Shown: piece by piece, positions 1 through 6,587 of the stretch | How positions within the stretch are numbered: the first letter of the stretch is position 1 | Layout of the letters: each line of letters starts with the position of its first letter | Virus record (IMG/VR): IMGVR_UViG_3300044641_008909 | Origin: an uncultured virus (IMG/VR IMGVR_UViG_3300044641_008909) | Taxonomy: Duplodnaviria; Heunggongvirae; Uroviricota; Caudoviricetes | Strand: one strand, 5' to 3' | DNA: 20,000 bases | Translations under genes and position numbers: made by a program | The notes under the pieces: generated by a model | Database searches by the model: none | The model's input: the letters and a program-made list of their open reading frames with translations, nothing else | Told to the model about the DNA's origin: nothing

Positions 1-182
1 GGTTTGAAGATGAAGGATTTTGCTATAAATTAAATAAGATCGGATATAAGATTGCATACTCAAATAGAAGCTATGTTAAACACATCGGATCTCAGACAAT
101 AAAATATTTAGTTAATAAAAATAGGAAAAATTTAGATGTAATGAAGTCAAATATAAATTTATTAAATAAAATTAAAAAGTAG
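1..182 (+). CDS. 3' end of a GT2-family (GT-A) glycosyltransferase, 5'-truncated by the window
   Basis: Frame from nt 3 is open to TAG at 180-182: FEDEGFCYKLNKIGYKIAYSNRSYVKHIGSQTIK..., matching the GT2 C-terminal pattern ED-x-x-F-C...G-Y-K-I...V-x-H-x-G-S-x-T. Not in the ORF track. Confidence 0.75.
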   Translation, partial: FEDEGFCYKLNKIGYKIAYSNRSYVKHIGSQTIKYLVNKNRKNLDVMKSNINLLNKIKK

Positions 183-186
183 ATCC

Positions 187-192
187 TAAATA
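187..192 (+). promoter_or_regulatory. Candidate T4-like late promoter core (TAAATA)
   Basis: TAAATA lies just upstream of the AAAGGAGG RBS of the 210 ORF. The same hexamer precedes other genes, but AT-richness makes chance matches possible. Confidence 0.35.
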
Positions 193-209
193 TATTAAAA
201 GGAGGATCT

Positions 210-392
210 ATGGACAATTCCGTATTTACAAATTCGATTAGCTGTATTAATAGCTTAGGGGCAACAGTTACTGTAACTATCAGAGCTTTCCCACCAAGCT
301 GCCCAAAAATTAATTATAATAATCAGTGCAGCACAACCAACAGTGCATGGTTGCCAGCTATTACTGTCTGTCGCCAATCTCTTTTTGCTTGA
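210..392 (+). CDS. 60-aa hypothetical Ser/Thr/Asn/Cys-rich peptide
   Basis: Strong SD (AAAGGAGG) 4 nt before the ATG, TAAATA upstream, 4 Cys. Overlaps the 3' end of the 361-1233 gene tail-to-tail. Confidence 0.6.
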   Translation: MDNSVFTNSISCINSLGATVTVTIRAFPPSCPKINYNNQCSTTNSAWLPAITVCRQSLFA

Positions 393-1233
393 TTTTCAAT
401 AATTTTCTTTTGGTTCTTGCAGGAGTTTCAATAACCTTGCAAGAACCGTCTTTATTTAAATTCTTTTGCTTTTGTTTTACGAATGTTGTGCTGTCTTTTT
501 TATCATAGCTACTAATATTGTTGTTGCCACCTGATGTAAATTTTTGAACATTATATTGAGCATAAAATCTAGCAGCTTTTTGAGCATTAACATCCCCAGC
601 ATTAATCATTTGCTCAGTCATAGTCCAATCTGATGTAAATGACTGTCTATGAACAGGAACTAATTGTGCAATTGGAGTTTTATCACTAGGCTTAAATCTA
701 ATTGGTTTAAATTTTTGTGTGAATACAAGGTTCATCCATATGTCATACTGCATCCAGTCTGTTTCAAGCATACCTTCCATGATGTAGTAATGTTGCCGTT
801 CAGGAAAGTTTATAGGTGATCTAATTTGCAAACACCAATTTGGATTAGTTTTAAATATGCATCCTGTGTAAACCTGAACGACCCCTGCTTCAACCAATCC
901 ATATGTAAATTTTGATCTTCCCGTTCCAGTACTGCACCATTTTTCCATCTTAGCCAATTCTGGTGCTCTTAAAATGCTAGAAATTATTCCGTAATCTGAA
1001 TCGTCATATTCTTCATAATTTTTATAAGTAAAATCTTTACCTCCATGCCAAGTGATCTCAAAGTCTATAGGAGGATATATCCAGAAACCCATTTGGTTGG
1101 CAATCTTGTATGGCATACACCACTTGATGCCATTCTGGTCGGCACTTTCATTGAGAGTTTTTTCTGCTCTTGCGATTCTACAGGCTTGTGGATGAGTTTT
1201 AAAAACTTCAAGATTTAACTGTTCTTCTCGCAT
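361..1233 (-). CDS. DUF6065-like hypothetical protein
   Basis: 290-aa ORF with CMPYKIANQMGFWIYPPIDFEITWHGG, EGMLETDW and PIAQLVPV, resembling DUF6065 motifs as I recall them. Confidence 0.65.
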   Translation of the reverse strand: MREEQLNLEVFKTHPQACRIARAEKTLNESADQNGIKWCMPYKIANQMGFWIYPPIDFEITWHGGKDFTYKNYEEYDDSDYGIISSILRAPELAKMEKWCSTGTGRSKFTYGLVEAGVVQVYTGCIFKTNPNWCLQIRSPINFPERQHYYIMEGMLETDWMQYDIWMNLVFTQKFKPIRFKPSDKTPIAQLVPVHRQSFTSDWTMTEQMINAGDVNAQKAARFYAQYNVQKFTSGGNNNISSYDKKDSTTFVKQKQKNLNKDGSCKVIETPARTKRKLLKIKQKEIGDRQ

Positions 1234-1278
1234 TTCCTTGCCCTCTTAATAATTTAAAAGAGTAAAGCAAAACAACCC

Positions 1279-1307
1279 TTGACCTAGTTGGTGAAATTGT
1301 CTAAGCT
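1279..1307 (+). promoter_or_regulatory. Candidate sigma70-type promoter for the ParB-like gene
   Basis: TTGACC (1279-1284), 17-nt spacer, TAAGCT (1302-1307). Confidence 0.4.
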
Positions 1308-1355
1308 TGTTTCATGTGGGAAGAGAATCCCATGTTAACGCCAAGGAAGTTACAC

Positions 1356-2633
1356 ATGAAAGCAGTTGATGTTGAAGCCGGTCTGTATCGTGTTGCTTTT
1401 GCTGATATTAAACCAGCTAAAGATTTTGATGAGTTTGAGTTTTCTTTCTTCAATCCTAGAATTCTCGATAACAATAAAAAAGAAATGTACGGATTTTCTA
1501 AGGAAGAAATCGATAGTCTTAAAGAATCTATCAGAAGCAAAGGATTGATGGAAAATCTTAACATCAATGCCAATAACGGAGAATGTGGTCTTCTTGATGG
1601 TCATCGCCGACACGAAGCTATTTCTCAGTTAATCAGTGAAAACGCTCCTTGCTTTGACAATCATACCAACCAGTGGGTGGCAGCTAAAGATCTTTACAAA
1701 GAAGTTATTGTAAAGGTTTTTAATAACCTTTCACCAGCTGATTGTTTCAGCAGGGCTTTTGATAGTGATAGCAATAAAGTTTCTTTTGGTGAAAATGCTA
1801 GCATCCGATTTGTTGATTATTGCATCAACTTTAGGATGACAGAAAAGAAAATTGTCGAGATGTGTGGTAAAACCATTTCTTGGTTGCGCTATATTAGCAA
1901 ACTGTTGTCCAAAGTTAACAAAGATCCTGTTATCAAGGATGCTTTGCTAAACGGTAGTATTAATGCCACTGCTGCTGATTCTTTAATGGACATTGAAGAA
2001 GAGCAAGAACGCCACAATGTTTACAAGGCAGCTTTGGAAAAAGCAGAAGAAGATTTTGAAGAAAAAGTAAAAAAGACTAATCTTGCTATTAAAAACACCA
2101 ACAGAAAGATAGAGATTGCTAAAAAGAAGAAAGAAGAAGCAGAAGAATTTGGTGATATTGGAGATATTACTGATGCTGATGCTTTGCTTGAAAAGCATTC
2201 CACCACCTTGGAAATAAAGAAACGGGAGAAGAATGAAATTTCTCCAAAAATTAATACCAAAAACATTGAACAAGCTCTTGATGAAGTTGGTCTTGACATC
2301 GAATCTGATGAAGAATCAGATGATGAATCTCCAAAAGCTACCAAGAAGCCAAAGATGTCTATCAAAAGCATCAAAGATGCTTGGATGAAAGAGATTGAAT
2401 CTTCTATCAACCGTGGACATATGACAGAAGAACAAGAATCAATTCCACCGATTCTCAACAATTGCTTTATCGATATGATTAAGGCAATGTTTGATGAGAA
2501 AATCAGCTATCAAGATTTCATTTATCGCTGGACAGATAAAATGATTGATGCTGGTCTTAATTTGAATGCTGGATTCACTCAGACAAAGTCTGAACCAGAA
2601 GATGAAGATGATGATGAAACTGGCGATCTATAA
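1356..2633 (+). CDS. ParB/Sulfiredoxin-domain protein with coiled-coil and acidic C-terminal region
   Basis: FNPR...IDSLKESIRSKGLMENL...LLDGHRRHEAI is the ParB/Srx N-domain with the GxRR motif; a possible HTH follows (EKKIVEMCGKTISWL). Start placed at 1356 (AAGGA 8 nt upstream); in-frame ATGs at 1314 and 1332 are alternatives. Confidence 0.8.
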   Translation: MKAVDVEAGLYRVAFADIKPAKDFDEFEFSFFNPRILDNNKKEMYGFSKEEIDSLKESIRSKGLMENLNINANNGECGLLDGHRRHEAISQLISENAPCFDNHTNQWVAAKDLYKEVIVKVFNNLSPADCFSRAFDSDSNKVSFGENASIRFVDYCINFRMTEKKIVEMCGKTISWLRYISKLLSKVNKDPVIKDALLNGSINATAADSLMDIEEEQERHNVYKAALEKAEEDFEEKVKKTNLAIKNTNRKIEIAKKKKEEAEEFGDIGDITDADALLEKHSTTLEIKKREKNEISPKINTKNIEQALDEVGLDIESDEESDDESPKATKKPKMSIKSIKDAWMKEIESSINRGHMTEEQESIPPILNNCFIDMIKAMFDEKISYQDFIYRWTDKMIDAGLNLNAGFTQTKSEPEDEDDDETGDL

Positions 2634-2655
2634 CATTTTGATTTAGTTAAAATAT

Positions 2656-2686
2656 AAAACCCACAACAAAAGTTGTGGGTTTTTTT
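2656..2686 (+). terminator. Intrinsic terminator, potentially bidirectional
   Basis: AAAACCCACAAC-AAAA-GTTGTGGGTTTT perfect inverted repeat running into a T-tract, 22 nt after the ParB-like stop. Confidence 0.85.
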
Positions 2687-2697
2687 ATATACCTGAT

Positions 2698-2703
2698 TAA
2701 ATA
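2698..2703 (+). promoter_or_regulatory. Candidate late promoter core (TAAATA)
   Basis: Between the terminator and the ATG at 2710. No SD present, so the transcript may be nearly leaderless. Confidence 0.3.
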
Positions 2704-2709
2704 TGATAG

Positions 2710-3015
2710 ATGAAAATATCTTCTTGCCCATTTTGCGGAAAACCATTCCCTCAAATTTTGCACGATGGAATTATTTTTTGTGATAAATGCAATCACATGG
2801 TTGAAAGCTCACTTAGAAACAAATTGTTAAGCGTATTCAGATCAGTAGAAAAATATAATGGTGTAAGTCTTAGTCAGATAAAGTATGAAGCAGAACTTGA
2901 TGATCAATCATGGCAATTGATCATCAAGTCCTATGAGGATTGTTTATCATGGCAGGAATTTCAGGAATTACTAAATAAAATGTCACTGTCATCTTCTTCT
3001 TCAAGCTTGTCTTGA
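2710..3015 (+). CDS. Small zinc-ribbon protein
   Basis: 101 aa with N-terminal CPFC...CDKC pairs followed by a short helical region. Confidence 0.65.
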   Translation: MKISSCPFCGKPFPQILHDGIIFCDKCNHMVESSLRNKLLSVFRSVEKYNGVSLSQIKYEAELDDQSWQLIIKSYEDCLSWQEFQELLNKMSLSSSSSSLS

Positions 3016-3188
3016 CGACCAAGAAGTTCTTCTCTTGCGATCACATAGTCTTTGTCAGCATCGATACCGATTTTTACTCTTCCGTTCTTACCATAACCTT
3101 GAATTCCACAGATTGTTAAGGCAATGTCTTTGCCTTCTGGGGTTTTGATGTAAACTTTTTCGTATAACTTGCGTGTAAGTACTAACAT
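2961..3188 (-). CDS. csrA: Carbon storage regulator CsrA/RsmA-family RNA-binding protein (75 aa)
   Basis: MLVLTRK...VKIGIDA...IAREEL is the CsrA signature. True start is ATG 3188 with SD AAGGAGG; the ORF-track start at 3278 is too far upstream. Confidence 0.88.
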   Translation of the reverse strand: MLVLTRKLYEKVYIKTPEGKDIALTICGIQGYGKNGRVKIGIDADKDYVIAREELLGRQDKLEEEDDSDILFSNS

Positions 3189-3194
3189 GAAGCC

Positions 3195-3203
3195 TCCTTG
3201 TAT
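3195..3203 (-). promoter_or_regulatory. Putative CsrA-binding site overlapping the csrA Shine-Dalgarno
   Basis: Leader reads AUACAAGGAGG, matching the first 9 positions of the CsrA SELEX consensus RUACARGGAUGU. Confidence 0.5.
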
Positions 3204-3270
3204 GTTTATACAAATTAAATGAGTAACGGTAACTAACTTAATTTGGATTTTCTCCTCAAGGACGCAATAA

Positions 3271-3723
3271 ATGTACAATCTAAAGACAATAACAAAAAAA
3301 GTTCCTTTATTTGTTTACGGAACATTGAAAAAGGGTGAAAGAGCTTACAATAGACTTGAAGGGTCAAAGCTCATAGCCATGGCTGAACTTCAACCAGAAT
3401 ATAAATTACTTAATTGTGGAAGATATCCAGCACTAGTAAAAGCCAAGAATGGTACGAATGCTATTTCTGGCGAAATTTATGAAGTTGCTAAAGATGTTCT
3501 TGAAAATTTACACAATTATGAAGGTGTAAGTTCTGGTTTGTTTTATTTTGATTATTTGTCTTTAGGCGAAATTGAAATTGTTAATCAACCAGAAGACAAT
3601 TTAACCAAAATGATGCTCAACAGAAGTCTTGCTTTTGGTTATCTTTATGTTAATCAAAATGAAAATTTACCAGAAATAGAACACTGGTCTACTGATTTTC
3701 TCTTTTCTCTAGCCATTCGTTGA
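3271..3723 (+). CDS. Gamma-glutamylcyclotransferase (GGCT/AIG2-like) family protein
   Basis: LFVYGTLKKG, YPAL, ISGEIYEV and LHNYEG motifs; AAGGA upstream. Confidence 0.85.
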   Translation: MYNLKTITKKVPLFVYGTLKKGERAYNRLEGSKLIAMAELQPEYKLLNCGRYPALVKAKNGTNAISGEIYEVAKDVLENLHNYEGVSSGLFYFDYLSLGEIEIVNQPEDNLTKMMLNRSLAFGYLYVNQNENLPEIEHWSTDFLFSLAIR

Positions 3724-4624
3724 AACTTGGCATGTTGTGTTCTTTCAACATATATTTTTTCTTGCTTTTGCGCCATGTGCCGCCATGTTTCTTATAGTCT
3801 TTTGCTGCCCATGCATTTGCATAAGCTGAATTTCCTGTAACACATGGTTGATCATTAATATTGGTCACCCATGTGCCTAATGATGTTTCTGGACACCAAA
3901 CCATTTCATTACCAGATGGATGTATTTCAAAATTGCTTAGTAAAGGCATTCCTTCATCAACAAACAATTTGGTATAGGATTGAAATCCCATTGTAGATTC
4001 AAGCAATAATTGATCGTTCTGTTCAATAACCCATTTATGATCAAGGGTAGATGTGCAGAAATAATGTCCATCAGTGTAAATTTCATGCACAGGAGCATTT
4101 TTATGGATGTGTATGTTTTCTATTTTAACAAATTTCCTTATTCTTTCATTAAGATCAAATGCAGCAATCTCATCTCCAACTTTTAATTCATTAACGTATT
4201 TCCACCCATCCTTAGTTAAAGCTGGATAAGATACAGGCAAACATGGATACACATCAAATTTTCTTTTAGCTTTAGCTTTTGATTGTGCCCACAACTTGGG
4301 ATTATTTGGCAAGTTTTTGCCTTCACTAAGATTTTCGTGAGATACCATAACTGGTTTTCTCCCTTTGTGATGAGGGTTTTTCTTTTCTGCTCTGCGTTTT
4401 TGGGCAGTAGCCTTTTCTTTAAGCTCAGGACTCATTGCAGCGGCTTTTTTTGCTGGACGGCACTTGGGGTAGGCTTTCTTCTGATCGCCCTTTCTAGACC
4501 CCTTTTTGGAGCTTGCACCACATGGTGGATGTTTGCCTGATTTGTCTTTGCGAGAAATGTCTACCCATTTCTCGTCAAACCATTTACCAAGACCTGAGTT
4601 TTTGTATGTTTCGTTAATATCCAT
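3689..4624 (-). CDS. Lys/Arg-rich DUF5872-like viral protein, intein-containing precursor
   Basis: GLGKWFDEKWVDI...CG...YPKCRP, and after intein removal KAKRKFDVYP|SAYANAWAAKDYKKHGGTW; both are motifs I recognise from basic proteins of large dsDNA viruses. Confidence 0.7.
   Translation of the reverse strand: MDINETYKNSGLGKWFDEKWVDISRKDKSGKHPPCGASSKKGSRKGDQKKAYPKCRPAKKAAAMSPELKEKATAQKRRAEKKNPHHKGRKPVMVSHENLSEGKNLPNNPKLWAQSKAKAKRKFDVYPCLPVSYPALTKDGWKYVNELKVGDEIAAFDLNERIRKFVKIENIHIHKNAPVHEIYTDGHYFCTSTLDHKWVIEQNDQLLLESTMGFQSYTKLFVDEGMPLLSNFEIHPSGNEMVWCPETSLGTWVTNINDQPCVTGNSAYANAWAAKDYKKHGGTWRKSKKKYMLKEHNMPSFNEWLEKRENQ
3830..4243 (-). mobile_element. Mini-intein (138 aa, C128-N265), no homing endonuclease
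   Basis: Block A CLPVSYPALTKDGW...ELKVGD, block B TLDHKW, block F VWCPET, block G VTGN followed by Ser+1. Confidence 0.9.
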
Positions 4625-4636
4625 GATAACATTATA

Positions 4637-4642
4637 TATTTA
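4637..4642 (-). promoter_or_regulatory. Candidate late promoter core (TAAATA) for the intein-containing gene
   Basis: Minus-strand TAAATA ends 12 nt before ATG 4624; no SD in between. Confidence 0.35.
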
Positions 4643-4667
4643 CCTGCAAAAAAATATTAATGACCTG

Positions 4668-4675
4668 TATAAATA
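4668..4675 (+). promoter_or_regulatory. T4-type late promoter consensus TATAAATA
   Basis: Exact 8-mer in the intergenic region, divergent from the box at 4637-4642. Confidence 0.45.
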
Positions 4676-4679
4676 TAAT

Positions 4680-4805
4680 TGGTTTCACATAGTGGTGGGC
4701 GTTTTTGCTGTTTCCTGCTCCGGTATGTGATTAAGGATTGTTCTGAAGATTAACAGCGTCAAGACATCCCCTGAAAACCGTAACAATTTGTTACGGTTTT
4801 ATTTT
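4680..4805 (+). ncRNA. Candidate ~120-nt small RNA or structured leader
   Basis: Bounded by TATAAATA and a terminator hairpin. TCACATA (4685-4691) can pair with TATGTGA (4724-4730). No ORF with an RBS. Confidence 0.3.
4774..4805. terminator. Bidirectional intrinsic terminator
   Basis: AAAACCGTAACAA-T-TTGTTACGGTTTT perfect 13-bp inverted repeat, followed by ATTTT on the plus strand. Confidence 0.75.
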
Positions 4806-4815
4806 GGATAAAGTT

Positions 4816-4965
4816 ATGAAAGATTTTTTAGTTATTTGGCGAAGAGCCTTGGACTTAAATGAGAATGATCACTGCTTAACAGTGATCATTCGTACATTCT
4901 TTTGGGTGATAAATATAATTACATGTGGTTTTATTATGGCTAATTGTACAAGACATTGGAATTAA
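4816..4965 (+). CDS. 49-aa single-TM phage membrane peptide
   Basis: MKDFLVIWRRALDLNENDHCLTVIIRTFFWVINIITCGFIMANCTRHWN. The W-x-x-A-L...IIRT...IT...RHW pattern resembles a small protein common in aquatic myoviruses. GGA 7 nt upstream. Below the ORF-track cutoff. Confidence 0.7.
   Translation: MKDFLVIWRRALDLNENDHCLTVIIRTFFWVINIITCGFIMANCTRHWN
4863..4891. repeat. Perfect 12-bp inverted repeat inside the small ORF
   Basis: GAATGATCACTG-CTTAA-CAGTGATCATTC. Confidence 0.9.
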
Positions 4966-6587
4966 TTTTTTGTCATTTCGACAAACAAACTAATTTCAGG
5001 CAACATGTCAATTGTTTCTTTAATAATTTGTTTGTTTCCATTACAAAATGTTTTCTTTTCAACAACAAATCCTGCTTTTTCACCCAACGTCTTTAAACCA
5101 GCAAAATCATATGCAATCTTATGACCTTCAAATAGCAATGACCATAATTTACCTGATTCAAATTCATTTCTAGCACAGCCATCGTTAATTTCATCAAATA
5201 CATTCAATTGATTGGCTTGATAATATTTAATCAATTTATCAGCATCTGGTACTGCAATACGCAATACAGCACCTTTTTTCATGCAACGATAACATTCACT
5301 AAGGAAACTGATACCTTCTGCGACAGTCAAGTGTTCAAACATATGACTTGAATAAGCCAAATCAATAGTTTCATTTTGAAAAGGTAATGGATTTTGTGCA
5401 TTAATTGCTAAAAACTTGTATTTGTGCCTAGATGCAAAATCTTGTAAATTCAAAACATCAGTATTGATCCATCCGTAATGGAACATATTAATAAAGCTGC
5501 CAAAGTTAACCTTAAGTTTATTGTCGCCAGCAGGAATGTTGACAGCAATATTTCCACGCTCTAAGTCTTCTTTGTCAACAACCAATTGCGTTGATGGCAT
5601 TCTTTCAAGCCACCATTCCTTAGTTCTCAAAGTACAATGAGTTTTATCAAATCCATCATCATTTTCACCAAAATCAACACCATGCAAGCCACGCTTACTA
5701 ACTCGATCCATTTCTTTCAAAACAGCATCAAGATGTTCTTCTGGAATATGTTCAAAAACCGCTGTTGAAAACGCTAAATCAAATTCTTTGTCTTTGAAAT
5801 TCCAAGGAGTCTGACAAATATCCCATTCAATCACATCATTGGTAACTCTGGTTAGTTGACAATGATGACTGATTTCTAATCCTTTAGACCTAACTCCAGC
5901 ATCATTAAATTTCTTAACCATGTACCCTCTAGCAGCACCAATCTCTAGAATGGATTCGGGATTGTGTTCCATTACTTTTTGATAAGTAACCCAGTGAACA
6001 GGATAATCCCAATATCCTTCATGAGCGTAACCGCCAACTTTGCCACCACCATTGAAGTAATGTTTGTCGAATAGACTTTTGCGATCTTCTTTTTTTGGTT
6101 TTGTAACTTCAATAATCATGTCTGTTCCTAATTCCCCATGTGGTAAAACTACTATGTTTTCAAACCCTGCTTCACGCATTAGCTTGATTGCATAAACAGG
6201 ACAAAGACTGTTTCTGTGCGTGTTTTCATCATAATTCTGATCACCAAATATAATGGAAGAACTGTCATCATTCCATTCTTCTTGATTCAATACCCATTCC
6301 ATTTGTCTTTTTGTGTTAGCTGTTATAAAAACGGCTTTGCCACTATCACGAAGAATTCTAAATACTTCTGAAACAAAAAGTTTGACTTTACGCCAAGAAA
6401 GATGTTCAATACAATAGCAACTAAAAACACCATCGTATGTGGAATTTGTAAGAGGCAAAGATTGATTGAAATCAGCCACTACATCCACAGTGTCACCAGA
6501 ACGAACATCAACATTTGGACGGAAGTAAGGATTGTCTCCTCCACCCAATTCAATTACATTTTTCGTAAACGGAAAAGTATAACTCAT
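4962..6587 (-). CDS. Triple class I SAM-dependent methyltransferase fusion
   Basis: Three motif-I segments (VIELGGG; ILEIGAARG; VNFGS), each followed by a D...S...EH motif (DGVFSCYCIEH; DLAFSTAVFEH; DLAYSSHMFEH). Start at 6587 gives an ATGA overlap with the upstream GT4 stop. Confidence 0.88.
   Translation of the reverse strand: MSYTFPFTKNVIELGGGDNPYFRPNVDVRSGDTVDVVADFNQSLPLTNSTYDGVFSCYCIEHLSWRKVKLFVSEVFRILRDSGKAVFITANTKRQMEWVLNQEEWNDDSSSIIFGDQNYDENTHRNSLCPVYAIKLMREAGFENIVVLPHGELGTDMIIEVTKPKKEDRKSLFDKHYFNGGGKVGGYAHEGYWDYPVHWVTYQKVMEHNPESILEIGAARGYMVKKFNDAGVRSKGLEISHHCQLTRVTNDVIEWDICQTPWNFKDKEFDLAFSTAVFEHIPEEHLDAVLKEMDRVSKRGLHGVDFGENDDGFDKTHCTLRTKEWWLERMPSTQLVVDKEDLERGNIAVNIPAGDNKLKVNFGSFINMFHYGWINTDVLNLQDFASRHKYKFLAINAQNPLPFQNETIDLAYSSHMFEHLTVAEGISFLSECYRCMKKGAVLRIAVPDADKLIKYYQANQLNVFDEINDGCARNEFESGKLWSLLFEGHKIAYDFAGLKTLGEKAGFVVEKKTFCNGNKQIIKETIDMLPEISLFVEMTKN

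Noticed and set aside
1301..2461. Alternative-frame and antisense ORFs inside the ParB-like gene
   Set aside because: No RBS or recognisable motifs; Phe/Ser-rich composition mirrors the Lys/Glu codons of the real gene.
2983..3015. Poly-Ser tail of the Zn-ribbon protein as a functional motif
   Set aside because: It is the antisense reading of the acidic CsrA tail (EEEDDSD) in the overlap.
3189..3278. 30-aa N-terminal extension on CsrA
   Set aside because: CsrA proteins start at MLVL, and a strong SD precedes ATG 3188.
4283..4730. Plus-strand ORFs 4283-4540 and 4506-4730
   Set aside because: Non-ATG starts, antisense to a well-supported gene, no SD.
4962..6587. DNA methyltransferase / restriction-modification system
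   Set aside because: No DPPY/NPPY or PCQ catalytic motifs and no nuclease partner; motifs and context fit small-molecule or glycan methyltransferases.
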